A DNA stretch of 64,000 bases from Burkholderiales bacterium (GTDB lineage: Bacteria > Patescibacteriota > Minisyncoccia > Phycocordibacterales > UBA9973): the NCBI GenBank assembly GCA_023701005.1, contig JAMPXW010000002.1, positions 177,167-241,166 of the forward strand, read 5' to 3'. The position numbers and the translations under genes were made by a program. The notes beneath the pieces are model-generated. The model was not told the origin of the DNA and ran no database searches. It saw only the letters and a program-made list of their open reading frames with translations. Each line of letters opens with the position of its first letter. Position 1 is the first letter of the stretch. Shown here one piece after another: positions 59,301-64,000 of this stretch.

Positions 59301-60736
59301 GGGGGTATACTAAATATTCAAATACTGATGTATATTCTGGTGGTGTTTCAAGCGTGGGAGCAAGTAATGATATATTATTTATGATAGAAGATTCAAGTGT
59401 CACGGCTAATCAACATTTTCCAAGCGTGGCATCATCTAGTGGTACAAATTTAGTCGTAGGTCCTAATGGTAAAGTTTATAAATACTCTTCTTCTGCTAAA
59501 TACAAAGAGAATATAACACCCTTAAAACAAGATTTTTCTAAAATCTTAGAAATACAACCAGTATCATATGACTATATCGCAACAAAGACTCATGATATTG
59601 GATATACGGCTGAAAGTTTAGACTTATTAGGTCTAAAAGATTTGGTAATATATGATTCTGAAGGGACACCAGATGCTATAAAATATGACAGAATATCTCT
59701 ATATAACTTAGAAGTAACGAAACAACAACAAAATATATTAAACATATTAAATCCTTCTATATCTAAAGAAATAAAACAAGATATCCTAGAATATACAGAT
59801 TACAGTAATGCACTTTCTATGATAACAAAAACCCCACTTTACTCTTTCAAATACAAAGATGAAGTAAAGGAAAATGAAGAAGATCCTTCTTTAGTAAAAA
59901 CTCGTATTGGATATATGTCTGAAGAAGTAGATCCGACTTTCCTTCTGGGAGACAAAATAGATCAAGTATCTGTAAATGGATTATTGATAGCTTCCATAAA
60001 AGAATTAAATCTAAAAATAGAAGAATTGGGTGGAGGACAAATAAATACAGAAGGTGCTACTGTCACCTTCGGGGAATACGCAAGTATGTTCTTTAATGAC
60101 GTGTTAACAAAAGTAGAAAACGGAGTAGCTTATATGAAAAATCTAGCTGTAGAAACTCTCAAGATAGGTAGCCCTGAAAAGCCAAGTGGTATCACAATGT
60201 ATGACGAAGTGACTGGTGACCCATATTGTTTCTCAATATCAAATGGCTCAACAAAAACATTGCTCGGAGAATGTCCTTCTATTACTCTTCCTTCAAAAGT
60301 AGCGACAAACATAGAAGGCACATTAGAAGGTGGAACAGTGTCTTCTGGAGATGTAGACAAACCAACGATCACTCTAGAAGGACAACAAATAGTGATGCTA
60401 GATGTCGGAGCTTCATATAGTGAGGCTGGTGCTCTAGCTAAAGACAATGTAGATGGAGATGTGGCTGTCGTCATTAGTGGATCTGTAGATACTTCAACTG
60501 CTGGAATATATACCATCACATACACAGCGACAGACTCAAATGGCAACACAACAACAATGACAAGAACAATACAAGTCGGAGAAGTTTCTATGATAACTCC
60601 TTCAGACATTCCAGTAACGACAGAAACGCCGACAGAAGAAACTACACAGACAGAAACTCCAACAGAAAACACAAATACCGAGCCTGCTCCATCATCAACC
60701 GAATCCACAACAGCACCAACAGAACCTACTGCCTAA
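38375..60736 (+). CDS. Giant (7453 aa) secreted modular fibre/adhesin-like protein with ~70 GNVGIGT repeats, two peptidase-S74-like chaperone domains and an Ig-like domain
   Basis: Uninterrupted ORF; signal peptide; INYQGKL N-domain; SSAKYKENI...IGYTAE and IGYMSEE...IKEL domains; PTITLEG...DNVDGD Ig-like domain; Thr/Glu/Pro tail. Confidence 0.88.
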   Translation: MLKTKLQINKINTTKIIFAIFILIFVFSPFAKGEAAINKQINYQGKLTGSSGVAVSNGTYNMEFKLYTVSSGGTAIWTETRTDANKVQVTSGLFSVLLGEVSTLDNVDFNQTLYLGVNIGGTAVSPAWDGEMTPRKKLGTVPSAVVAEKAINILGGSAGYVPFQTAANTTSFSSNFFWDNSTAKLGIGTTAPVQKLTISGGNIKLDDSYYLDWSNGSERITGTGLSGNYSLKFETYNGSALTEKMRILGNGNIGIGTTAPNALLHLSGSAGSNGPNSGLILNASYGLGTSVNNIDFRINGNAIRAASLGAAANVGGADLTFYTSSNFATTDATEKMRIDKNGNVGIGTTAPGFKLDVNGISAANQFYSGGVNITSSGIWGVGSSAEALIGFGSAQAGGARPWNFSSGGTGKTGGYFTWNIDTVEKMRLDNSGNVGIGTTAPGAKLHVEGTNEILSLTGTTPYLRFFANPSQSYIGSGSGLVSGMAVTDLAIRSASNIGFSIGTSEKVRIDSSGNVGIGTTAPVEKLNVNGNINITGGELRMFNNSTVLAATSSNLLSINNGGFSNVAITNGNIGIGTTTPAYKLHVNGVAYSSSYFYAPEGIFTSVQANKVFPTSSVDLRLQTRDNTDNILFEIDTNAPSEKMRITSAGNVGIGTTAPTYKLQVATAVNSAGIVHSNSSNGTRVYTFIDSSDNGLLLLKNSSNIDNINLNTGGNSYLNGGNVGIGTTAPGQKLDVVGGSIRTDNQLISTIATGTSPLSILSTTKVTNLNADILDGYHYNSFIPVSGYHFTNGYLIATDISAASNTMFSVEITGNSYGDGKPIHITLQGYNYTAGDAIINYSGVAEDWTRTVKAFNYNGYLYFWLDQSSSFQSITAYVKNTMETNNVNHVTAITNEVEPTTGTTRKVSIVPKQIWNSGNDGVASTLDADLLDGQHGSYYQTALTNPVTGTGTTNYLSKFTGTSTLGNSLIFDNGTNVGIGTTAPTQKLSINGSVNMISNGAITFENTNNNGNWYIRNSGTNLASLDFGIGAVGASDKIRFDSNGNVGIGTTAPGATLDVAGTIRTTSTITTGSYFYNNSASDANKYLTNTPGPSYMGFRGHGINNNTNSVLSIGYTTLPSTLISPVLSVVDNGNVGIGTTAPTQMLQIGGNTTSSIGMRIAPAGANWDIVTDGSQGLNIKNGNGNYLTFINSSQISSFTGNVGIGTTAPTAKLDINNGVNRTNNPTSLIVAGTGVLGTTAGSYLYPSETISNAGNTLRLQTTAYRRDAGSTWFGAGFRIQYAVDNSFTDGTGSFLEMGGRTDTTPYISLGTSGADRIYINSSGNVGIGTTSPSGKLEINGGAYDSSLVITTNVSSGADIKLNQTGTNGREWHITSTGSSNAMSAGGLQFYDDTAGAFRMGIQGSTGNVGINTGNPQAKLHIYNATAGGLNETIRSQGYWSAPGSGSLIRFTNYHASGTTPNTGEYNLAGIGGLDDNGGWGGSLYFQTAPTGTAGGAALQTRMTINPAGNVGIGTTSPGTKLNVIGNIASEKSAGGYVSSLFWQGNDPAIGYYSENGLLFGTETTMVGGAFSEKMRITNAGNVGIGTTAPAQALDVAGVINASTGFRIGNAATSGNYLRGNGTNFVSSAIQAGDVPTLNQNTAGYAALLVSEDNRTISPSELAINRLKFGFTSWANNDSSPYADFLHLRSYADSSGGADNLIMFNKSVIAMRIYQQTFGSATAYSSYRDVITTNTSASGTANYLPKFSSGTTIANSLIFDNGTNVGIGLTNPEGKMHIIGMNSAFPATTGTVQTGLEARFQPYDSNGVLDIGVNSGSGAWLQSTNRTSLSSNYPLLLNPNGGNVGIGTTAPATNLDVVGDIRASDTSGNYIYLDTTGANPGIVSNSSRSINIQPGSGLTTFYTSGTAGTLQIYDGSSSYPIILRAGGNSIFNGGSVGIGTASPASKLHVYDNNATTDHTIGLTIEQAGTGDAKLQWLTTGVTRFGMGIDNSDGDKLKISAATDLSTNNVLTIDSSSNVGIGTASPGVLLHLSKNGTASTQTVMAVLESVTSQRPVLQFSEGGYGLTSGMSIEYDGRSGGRANLLNINDINGVAIGTFMSGGNFGIQTTSPTANLTVAQSTAGVGTVSNTAGGTTVTGNGTEFTNTFKVGDTITVGGQTVAISAIASDTSMTTAAITNANTNAAYTLVGGTRMVVKGNGNVGIGLTNPSARLHISEAGPAYDWDSLRVDFQANGNLNSLNSSAGRFINTLAPSSQSYAIGSLGEAIKTGHYGYTATGAEGRGIYRSNSLGTSLASLDLYGVSGKVSVEGTGANTINSGKSLYAYANVDAGNILSTYWGVYVKSPSGTGTITNKYALVTEAGAGNVGIGLTNPGFPLAVQGTIQGRGIAYFTQASPTNSLAIDATSTTLHKIYTNNAGIDLSLGTNSSTSQLYLQSAGNVGIGTTSPGAKLDILGSNSAMALNLRSSSGQIQFFPYSDNKNYIESVDGTGTASQLLYFTGYSGTAGTFSFNGNVGIGMTSPTYKLDLQGSAWNNIARIYSTGSSSGLDFYDSGVRRGVVYSDSSGFGLLNSATSWAIKIPYGTGNVVVENGNMGVGTSSPSAKLDVVGNIELGAAVGTTRYILTDETNTGTGKVAIQAGAGSAAFGGAINLYAQAHATNPGWVQIGIGSGAGSGGTEGRFTVNNQGLGGGTDVFTVLRTGNVGIGTTGPSQKLEVNGNALVTKLGIGQLDAANYVLDVGGAARISSSGNVNFNQASGAATFHGQVNFPGSGVWQTSGNVGIGTTSPNQRLEIGSSGNYQMRIGNGSTAAYSYDFGRNTTDGLFYLYGNQTGANGYVFSGINGERMRINESGNVGIGTTAPGTKLDIAGTMHTTGLYTASAGIQLEGQNLGWDQSGVRSWTMGTAASSGNMTLKSGDEAGIFRVLTTTTSLSGNLIVSGTTNSSIAGNLGIGTINPGADLVIENSGTNNTQLWLQNTGTGITEIGFDSANGDFAGSDYMSLGQNDSLDGYIKMFANAGRFHIDTGGVERFTILQNGNLGIGTTAPGSRLVVSSAGIVAGTPEFVVGDYGTIKLKTYQTGSTYAAMYTGNNEDLRITAGTDNSQLVLKANNGNIGIGTASPTAFKLQVAGSVGPNVDNSYDLGSSGARWRNLYISGTIAQGGYLDNSLDNLVYNGDFETNSTNGWTGGGTAIVTGGHSGNYAMQVTGNQQIESVDYIPVNPVRDILQLEIYAKKSVAGTTPGILYLGYIAYDANKAAIYTAPCGSYCYFAASAYTLPADGNWHKFNATTNGEGTVYPNFPVGTKFVRVLGLINYSGSADAVTLIDHITLKRLNYGPTYIGNNFGTTNQADQTQLSKLYTTSVNNLIIDTPASNGNIGFGITNPNPFAWSSKAFTLQSTGTNTYSSLEAFGTGTGSGALLLGNSTIHRATISTADGSHLTFSTNNNNAASYMTEKMRITATGNVGIGTTSPDQLLQVNGASGTAISIKTPWAASAYGQLRFDTGTGSSSIRSSVPGDSTNGLQFFTYSGGETVKMSITGAGNVGIGLTNPAYKLDVVGGIHWNPGVTGSPEGFMSGSSAEQSIQLGSLTNSPLSLTTNALTRLFIDGNGNVGIGTTVPTYKVDIASTGNALKIGQSGTATNTIYQTFTNGGGSVYLGIDNSGGNGLFTGGAGYAAAFGHGGNYPIEFATNSTVRMLIDGSGNVGVGTATPQYGKLEIATTASNVGGLTLYRGTGTTARHWINSSDVYLIQRAITDTYGIAIDNVGNVGIGTTSPVSILNINATSPVLTLTGSTSGQETIASQIHFAVGNYSGARIKAIQTGASYGYQVGLGFFTQDAPYDANSFERMRISSTGNVGIGTTAPGKTLDIAVSPNASNGILVRDNNDATKSILITSSQGSTAFPYIGTNGNRRLDFGTNTARQMTIDTTGNVGIGTTAPNAPLSFGTVTGDKIYLYDGSGNYGFGVDSGGASQLNIFTGNSADMWFRSGGGDGTVRMAIVGTTGNVGIGTTAPGNLLNIYRNSSSTLPITRIEDAGTGDASMAFALTGVAGFSIGIDNSDDNKFKISGSGTDVGSNPYLTILGTGPTVGNVGIGTTSPGTKLQIVDSDGSNGTIGVGINSRGTFGWNNAGQGTLEIKNNLTSGSPNAITFWAAPTSGTVAEMMRIQGNGNVGIGTTAPGAKLEVVGNTYISGISSGTGNRLSFDTTGGAASNWIGTTNDYWTSIVNGRGSGSRIDLATNDIRFTFGSDVGNMLLKANGNLGIQTVSPVANFQVSQSSTGVGTVTTNGTTTLTGSGTQFTNTFKVGDTITVSGETVRTIATIVSDTSLTTTVAFSTTASSLSYTLTGGDRFVVKGNGNVGIGTTAPNKTLHVIGDVRGGAYYNNNSGDGWLINQDSGTNRGLYYYNTTGTWDLFDGGTSKISMGINGNIQMDGILTVSGTGNTTIAGNVGIGTTAPVTRLDVRALNALDGITLSANSGGSSVFRMVNPTVSNNLQIGTLSSNDVDIIANGSSKITILNANGNVGIGTTSPAQKLTISGGNIGILGQQDLMLYDSDSSHYSGFQAHATTTSNSIYTMPAAFPGSTSFMKTDSAGNLSWDTSTYITGNQSISLSGDASGSGTTAITVTNNLLTKEDNRTISPSELTTGKMRFGFTSWANNDSSPYADFLHLRSYTDASGGTDNLVMFNKSVIAMRIYQQTYGSATAYSSYRDVLTTDTGTGGTANYIPKFTGGTTLANSLMFDNGTNVGVGTTAPSYKLDVSGQIRANAGAGVAGIFTSTADYQLALSSSDSWTGIGFDDSGAINDSIWYQGTTGTFAIGGGGSSGVTSKKLHIDGATTIGANYDATAIPTNGLRVEGQTWLDSNVGIGTTNPFQKFEIDLDPTNTTQPTGINGTGTDPHTGMFILGTGNANNEKLGLQIGLWSNGTNKYSIGGLFGVMTSASGNTIGDLTFDLRSNVNDSYLTERMRITNAGNLGIQTASPVANFQVSQSTTGVGTVATNGTTTLTGTGTQFTNTFKVGDTITVSGETVRTIATIVSDTSLATTVAFTTTASSLSYTLTGGDRFVVKGNGNVGIGTTAPNKTLHVIGDVRGGAYYNNNSGDGWLINQDSGTNRGLYYYNTAGTWDLFDGGTSKISMGINGNIQMDGILTVSGTGNTTIAGNVGIGTTAPGAKLQVQGAIKIQNIVPSSPDQNFRRMINVASYQGGGTIRTGILTVKLPTPLVHSMGKIKISGWSYGQSWEIDVSGYMHPGTGSGWTQVGGTVVSGNPPFSPHQVKLVAETTTTDTFYVLLGNASTNWGYYASVGVDVDSYYSDGLGSTGWDISIAAAEPAYDTSIVPTVSSYGSSNALISGNVGIGTTAPIRTLEVNGGIQASSAGFYLGTNSALAQSSSTIKLGWVDRGELANTFITQIFSGGTGTTTTPTMTLNGNVGVGITNPIYKLDVSQTTVNNGSGVNVVVGNFNSTVTAGSGAANAGSAILRVSVAGGPHATDIEQNDGGSAPFRYGTYMDTNIVNKDVSSGAYGNINFVTGSSTSTSSVVMTIGGGTQKGFVGIGATPTSKLSIQNNGASDNILSNYAITNGNNAATFRTSDTGPIFGIHAQNNGAIYIKDTSDNVLFYGSNGGNVGIGTTAPGVTLDAYGRIRAGTSYRTTIFGDGTGSKIMLGSESDEDSLAVIGSFGTSLQLDSYNGPIVFKYSSAEKMRIGTDGNVGIGTTAPASRLHVSTLSSNDGALGQRWSYNGGDSSYYLDLKQTVTAGIVRWNFSQLNNGTAYNNVLVLDRGNVGIGTTAPGTKVDVIGGDLQASGFGHFKGWNTAGATGLGLDVGISSNQGYIMAYDRTASTYYPLRIVASNNTGSDGLTLATNGNVGIGTTAPSRKLDVAGSIVVSANEVWFADNTVARFGKQADHGTIIKAATGTTNDFALAAPTGSILMQNPTATANLAFMAGNLGINTTNPKNKLDIYFSSGNYSATAYNASPLVLSTPDYATDSKFSGIRFTNVSGNRESMFGTVQTSQNQADFVFQGYNATAVAYQEYLRIKNDGKVGIGTTAPSSNLTMVGANGGMTEFSIFDYAGTVAGFQIRYDDSTGATYLDNRYDNASGDIFIRTKTYGTAVNALTIESAGNIGIGTTAPGSILHLNVASGVPYQTFSVANTPFGYVGAAGAFFSGQGTNFGLYGGGSSNIMIGARNSADLTIATSGNVGIGTTSPGQKLSVVGNIDLSGSIGGTGMLYIGKSGTKTGLAYDSSNQNYGIFYTEGATDAVSIAPNGGGDTTPVAYFSGNGNVGIGTTAPASALSLVGDIALTSGGYIYGDNTDPHIKLHAAFGAIIGYSTNELYIGSDYSFLTNGTTKMKLKNNGNLGIGTASPTANLQVAQISSGVGTVSNTAGGTTVTGVGTQFLNTFKVGDTVTIGGQTVAISAIASDTSMTTAAITNANTNVAYTLTGAVRFSVLGNGNVGISTTAPGELLSLGTAGTTKGVLSLAGNTSGKIIIQPAAAAGTYTLTLPTTDGDASQVLTTDGSGVLSWASAGGSSQWTTTGSNIYYNTGNVGIGTTAPTARLHIKEAISTTVEGLRIEDSTATGGYLKLSDASSVSGHFIPSFWSKGIGTGAADRNGFMIVAEPGEDGADDAGIVLNARLNGAALTNASVLKIQNYATELMRIGASGNVGIGNTNPGYKLDIAGNINLQASGYLRTGSGDTEIGASSTDWYVKTYGGGALTERIRVTSTGNVGIGTNSPLEKLTVQNGSILASNGTIYAQPQSLTIFSNSASTSNSPTGYVYQSFTPTTDMLATALSVNLYKPGGISTIYYIYTANGDAPDQSLGFAMSGTTEVMGWTRLNLDTPIALKGGTKYVLYVMQSSGYIKYSNTDVYSGGVSSVGASNDMLFRIEGSVSNVISAFSTSTTNGSANSYQSFTTTTDMLVTAISANIYKPGGNYAYYYIYTANGDTQDQALGYAISGTAEAGGWTRLELPSPIALKANTKYVLYFTITGGYTKYSNTDVYSGGVSSVGASNDILFMIEDSSVTANQHFPSVASSSGTNLVVGPNGKVYKYSSSAKYKENITPLKQDFSKILEIQPVSYDYIATKTHDIGYTAESLDLLGLKDLVIYDSEGTPDAIKYDRISLYNLEVTKQQQNILNILNPSISKEIKQDILEYTDYSNALSMITKTPLYSFKYKDEVKENEEDPSLVKTRIGYMSEEVDPTFLLGDKIDQVSVNGLLIASIKELNLKIEELGGGQINTEGATVTFGEYASMFFNDVLTKVENGVAYMKNLAVETLKIGSPEKPSGITMYDEVTGDPYCFSISNGSTKTLLGECPSITLPSKVATNIEGTLEGGTVSSGDVDKPTITLEGQQIVMLDVGASYSEAGALAKDNVDGDVAVVISGSVDTSTAGIYTITYTATDSNGNTTTMTRTIQVGEVSMITPSDIPVTTETPTEETTQTETPTENTNTEPAPSSTESTTAPTEPTA

Positions 60737-60740
60737 CCCA

Positions 60741-60769
60741 ATTTCCCGGACACCAGGTGTCCGGGAAAT
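60741..60769. repeat. REP-like palindrome, copy 1
   Basis: ATTTCCCGGACACC-A-GGTGTCCGGGAAAT. Confidence 0.85.
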
Positions 60770-60777
60770 CTCGTGTG

Positions 60778-61506
60778 TTATAATATTATTTCTAAATCCA
60801 ACCAAGAAAAAATATCTTTCTTAAAATCACCAATATTCAAAAAATATTCAGGAAAACTTTTTAAATCTAAAATTTTATTTTCAGATCTTCTGTTGCCAGA
60901 ATTATCATAATAACTACTCCATCTGTAATGATCTAAATATTCCAAATTATTTTCACTATTGATACCCTCATTCTCTCTCCAACTTGAATCAATAAGCTTG
61001 AGAGGATTAAGATGAATATAAGAAAAAACATACTTAGCCTGAACGTCATTCTCAACATGAACTGCTTTAAATGGACCCTCATACAAACTTCCAGTCCTTT
61101 TATGCCTAATATTAAAATATTTAGAATAACTCATACAAAGTTTGTGCATAAATAAAGTAATATTCTTATTAAAATCCTCTATTTCTTCCCGGACACCAGG
61201 TGTCCGGGAATTTTTAGAATCAGAAAAATCCTCACGTGGAGTTAAATAAATATGAAAATGATTTGGCATTAAAACCCAGGCACCGATAGATACGAGTGTT
61301 TCTCCCCTATCAAAATCTAAAGCATTAATTTTTTTATCAACAATGTCATCACGAAAACAAATATTCTTTTTTGAATTAGAAAGATATAATAATTTTACAA
61401 AACGTTCTCTATCTCTATCATCAATAAAGATATTTTGCTTACTGTTACCTCTATTATAAACATGAAAATATTCTCCAAAAACAAGAGCCTCTTTTCTATG
61501 TGTCAT
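60778..61506 (-). mobile_element. REP-associated tyrosine transposase (RAYT-like, Y1 HUH)
   Basis: FHVYNRG, LMPNHFH (HUH), YFN...RTGSL, YIHLNP and RWSS motifs; flanked by palindromes. Confidence 0.9.
61186..61210. repeat. REP-like palindrome, copy 2, inside the transposase ORF
   Basis: TTCCCGGACACC-A-GGTGTCCGGGAA encodes SRTPGVRE. Confidence 0.85.
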
Positions 61507-61560
61507 TAGTTAACTATAGCACTTTAGAAAAATAAACCCTCATTACAACACACCTCTTTC

Positions 61561-61581
61561 CCCGGACACCAGGTGTCCGGG
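61561..61581. repeat. REP-like palindrome, copy 3
   Basis: CCCGGACACC-A-GGTGTCCGGG. Confidence 0.85.
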
Positions 61582-61638
61582 AAGTAAGCAAGAAATAAGG
61601 TAATATCCAAGAAATTAAAAAAGTGGTAAAATATAAAT

Positions 61639-62694
61639 ATGAGGAAAAATGACTTTAAAAAAATACTCCTACTAGTTATCATCTTCTTCGTTTTCGATGC
61701 AAATCTCGGCATGGCTGAAGGCCTGGTAGATTATTCTGCAGAAAATAAAGTGAAAGTCTGTAGAGATGTCACTTGTACAAATCCACCACCAGAAATAATT
61801 TATTTTGAAAATGGAGGAGATTCCCCTCTTATAGTAAATGTGGAAAAAGGTTTGAGTGGAAAAGCTTGGGGTGGAGAACTCGGCTGGGTAACTTTCAATC
61901 CACCATACGGGGGAGTGTTTTTTGCTGATATCAATACTGGTTTGTTAAAAGGCACAGCTTGGAGCGAAACTTCTGGTGCTATCAACTTTTCTGTGACAGG
62001 ACAAAAGGTGACGATAGATCCAAAAACTGGCGAATGGAATGGCTATGCTTTCGCTTCTGGCCCATACGGAGGATGGATAAAATTTGATTGCAAAGAAGAT
62101 TCTTGCCTAAAAACAACTCCTTATTTAGAAACAAAAAAAGAAAACAAATTAGAAAAAAAGAATACAGATGTCGCTGAAGAAAAGATAGAACCCATAAAGA
62201 CAAAAATTAAAAAAGAAAAAATTAATTTAAATATAATACCTTTCAAAGATAGCTTCATAAACCTTTTTGAAGGAACAAAGATAGCTATAAACATTTCAAC
62301 AAATTTATTTTATAAATCTTTCATTAATCTTTTTGATGGTACAAAATTAGCTATAAATACATCAAAAGATTTATTTTGTAATTCTTTCGGAAATTTATTT
62401 GAAGGAACTAAAATATATATAAATATTACTTATAGTCTAATGACAAATGCATTTTCCAATTTAAATAATTTGATAGTACGAGAAATGAACAAAATAAATG
62501 GAAGCACATTCATAACTTCCTATAATAATACAATCACTTTCTCTCAAAAAATGACTAGAACAAAAAACATTGCAATAGAAAATTTTACAAACATAATCGG
62601 AGGCTTAAATACTGATTCTTATAATCAATTTTACTCGTACTTAAAAAACTCTAGATCTCTCCTTTTATCTAAAGTGGAAGGATTGTTTAATTAA
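61639..62694 (+). CDS. Secreted protein with GxAW...GWI repeats and three 21-aa SFxNLFxGTK repeats
   Basis: Signal peptide; GKAW/GTAW/GYAF repeats; tandem repeats at about 62251-62420. Confidence 0.7.
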   Translation: MRKNDFKKILLLVIIFFVFDANLGMAEGLVDYSAENKVKVCRDVTCTNPPPEIIYFENGGDSPLIVNVEKGLSGKAWGGELGWVTFNPPYGGVFFADINTGLLKGTAWSETSGAINFSVTGQKVTIDPKTGEWNGYAFASGPYGGWIKFDCKEDSCLKTTPYLETKKENKLEKKNTDVAEEKIEPIKTKIKKEKINLNIIPFKDSFINLFEGTKIAINISTNLFYKSFINLFDGTKLAINTSKDLFCNSFGNLFEGTKIYINITYSLMTNAFSNLNNLIVREMNKINGSTFITSYNNTITFSQKMTRTKNIAIENFTNIIGGLNTDSYNQFYSYLKNSRSLLLSKVEGLFN

Positions 62695-64000
62695 AAATCT
62701 TATCCCAAAAAACAATAAAACTAAATACACCAAAAAATAGAAAAACAATTCCTATAATTATTTTTCTCAATAGATTAGGATGAAAAACCTTTGGTAAGCT
62801 TTTATAATTAAGCCAAGAAACTAAACCTATGTGTACAAACATAGCAAAAGCATTTATTATGGCGCCAAGTATAATCAAAGATTTGGGTTCATATATATTA
62901 AAAAGAAATAATATTATTCCAAAAATAATTTGAGCCCAAACAAAAGTATAATAAAGAAAAGAAAGATTTATCTTTATTTTATCTTGCCCATGCAATTTTT
63001 TAATAGCCAAATTCTCTGCCATTATACGAGAAGTCGAATCCATAACTCCTAATTGCGTTTGAAACAACATAATAGACACTATAACCAGAAACACCGTCCC
63101 CATGGTTGGAAATAACATCCTCCCAACAAAAATGCCTTCGTTTATAACAAAATTTATTCCTTCTGTATTATTTTCTAAACCATATGTCGTAATGTAAGAC
63201 AGAATCATCAAAAATATCATAGAAACAATCCCTAAAAACCAAAAAACGAAACCATGCTCAATACTTATCAATTTCCACCATTTCTTGAAACGACTTATGT
63301 CTTCATTCGTCATCGTACAATCTGTGCCTGCCAAAGATATTTCTTCTTTTCCCTTCATGGCAAATAAACTAGAAATCTTTTGAGAATACATACCCATACC
63401 ATAACCCTTTTCTTTAATATAAATAGACTGAGTCAAATTTAAATTTCCCCCAGCTCCAGAATAAGCAAAAGCTGCCAAAAAAGTTGCCAACCCTATCCCC
63501 TCTGGCAAAAATAAAAATCCATCACCTTTTCCTACAAATCCATAAAACAAAGCCGACCAGTCAGTTTTCGTAGCGAGGAATACAACTAATAAAAATAAAA
63601 AAGGTATACCAAATAAAATAATGATCTTAGTTAAATTTTCCATCATTTTATAAACCGTTTTACCTATACTTAAAATCAAACCTATCAATAATAAAAAAAT
63701 AATAGCAATCCATTTAAAATTTTGTATGCCTAAAATACTTCCCATCACTTGTGCAGAAGCAGCGATAATGCCAGGCAAACCAAAACCTAAAAAAGTAGAG
63801 GCAATAAACCAATAAACAGCAGGTTTAAATAATTTATGGATACCAACAAAGACACTCTCCCCTTTAACTAAAGCATATCTCTCAATCTCCATATTTATAA
63901 AATATTGAAATGTTATACCCAAAACAGCACCCCAAACTATGCCTAGGCCATAATTTGCTGTGAGATAAGGCCATAATATAACCTCACCTGAACCCAAACC
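62687..64000 (-). CDS. NRAMP-like (YcsG-type) transporter, 5' end outside window
   Basis: GLGSGE.ILWP, EIERYAL..GES and AYSGAGG motifs; many TM helices. Confidence 0.8.
   Translation of the reverse strand, partial: GLGSGEVILWPYLTANYGLGIVWGAVLGITFQYFINMEIERYALVKGESVFVGIHKLFKPAVYWFIASTFLGFGLPGIIAASAQVMGSILGIQNFKWIAIIFLLLIGLILSIGKTVYKMMENLTKIIILFGIPFLFLLVVFLATKTDWSALFYGFVGKGDGFLFLPEGIGLATFLAAFAYSGAGGNLNLTQSIYIKEKGYGMGMYSQKISSLFAMKGKEEISLAGTDCTMTNEDISRFKKWWKLISIEHGFVFWFLGIVSMIFLMILSYITTYGLENNTEGINFVINEGIFVGRMLFPTMGTVFLVIVSIMLFQTQLGVMDSTSRIMAENLAIKKLHGQDKIKINLSFLYYTFVWAQIIFGIILFLFNIYEPKSLIILGAIINAFAMFVHIGLVSWLNYKSLPKVFHPNLLRKIIIGIVFLFFGVFSFIVFWDKIFN

Noticed and set aside
38503-60708. Many antisense ORFs containing VVPIPTLP
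   Set aside because: They are shadows of the stop-poor repeat strand of the giant gene. Other nested short ORFs in the track were dismissed for the same reason.
38375-60736. Prophage tail-fibre gene
   Set aside because: It has a signal peptide, and no capsid, terminase, portal or integrase genes are nearby.
1-64000. Alternative genetic code (TGA as Gly or Trp)
   Set aside because: Long conserved genes, including a 22 kb Gly-rich ORF, are intact under code 11 with no in-frame TGA.

Overview
AT-rich bacterial chromosomal DNA using the standard code (TGA is a stop). Gene content and style point to a Patescibacteria/CPR (Parcubacteria-like) genome; this is inference from small membrane proteins, leaderless genes, a shortened RF2 and a giant GNVGIGT-repeat protein. 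The left half holds housekeeping and accessory genes: htrA, a cobalamin-riboswitch-controlled DUF4430/alpha-barrel pair, zwf-gnd-pgl, rsgA, tRNA-Gln followed by a repeat-delimited gene array, an ECF sigma module, a GtrA/GT2/GT-C glycosylation cluster, pyrG, ftsEX, prfB and two tRNA-Thr. The right half is a ~29 kb surface-structure locus: WxL/DUF916-like genes, a membrane-anchored HTH gene, a 7453-aa secreted fibre-like protein and a RAYT-type HUH transposase with REP palindromes. Strongest candidates for undescribed biology: (1) the ~70 modules of the giant gene are joined by a 29-30 bp GC-rich sequence that is conserved at synonymous sites and is an imperfect inverted repeat, and module duplications start, end or change identity at it, suggesting a DNA-level module-shuffling system; (2) a cassette-like array behind tRNA-Gln whose junction repeat seems to build a promoter; (3) several families of tiny GC-rich palindromes inserted in frame into genes and into the riboswitch. 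All calls were made by eye, with no database searches.
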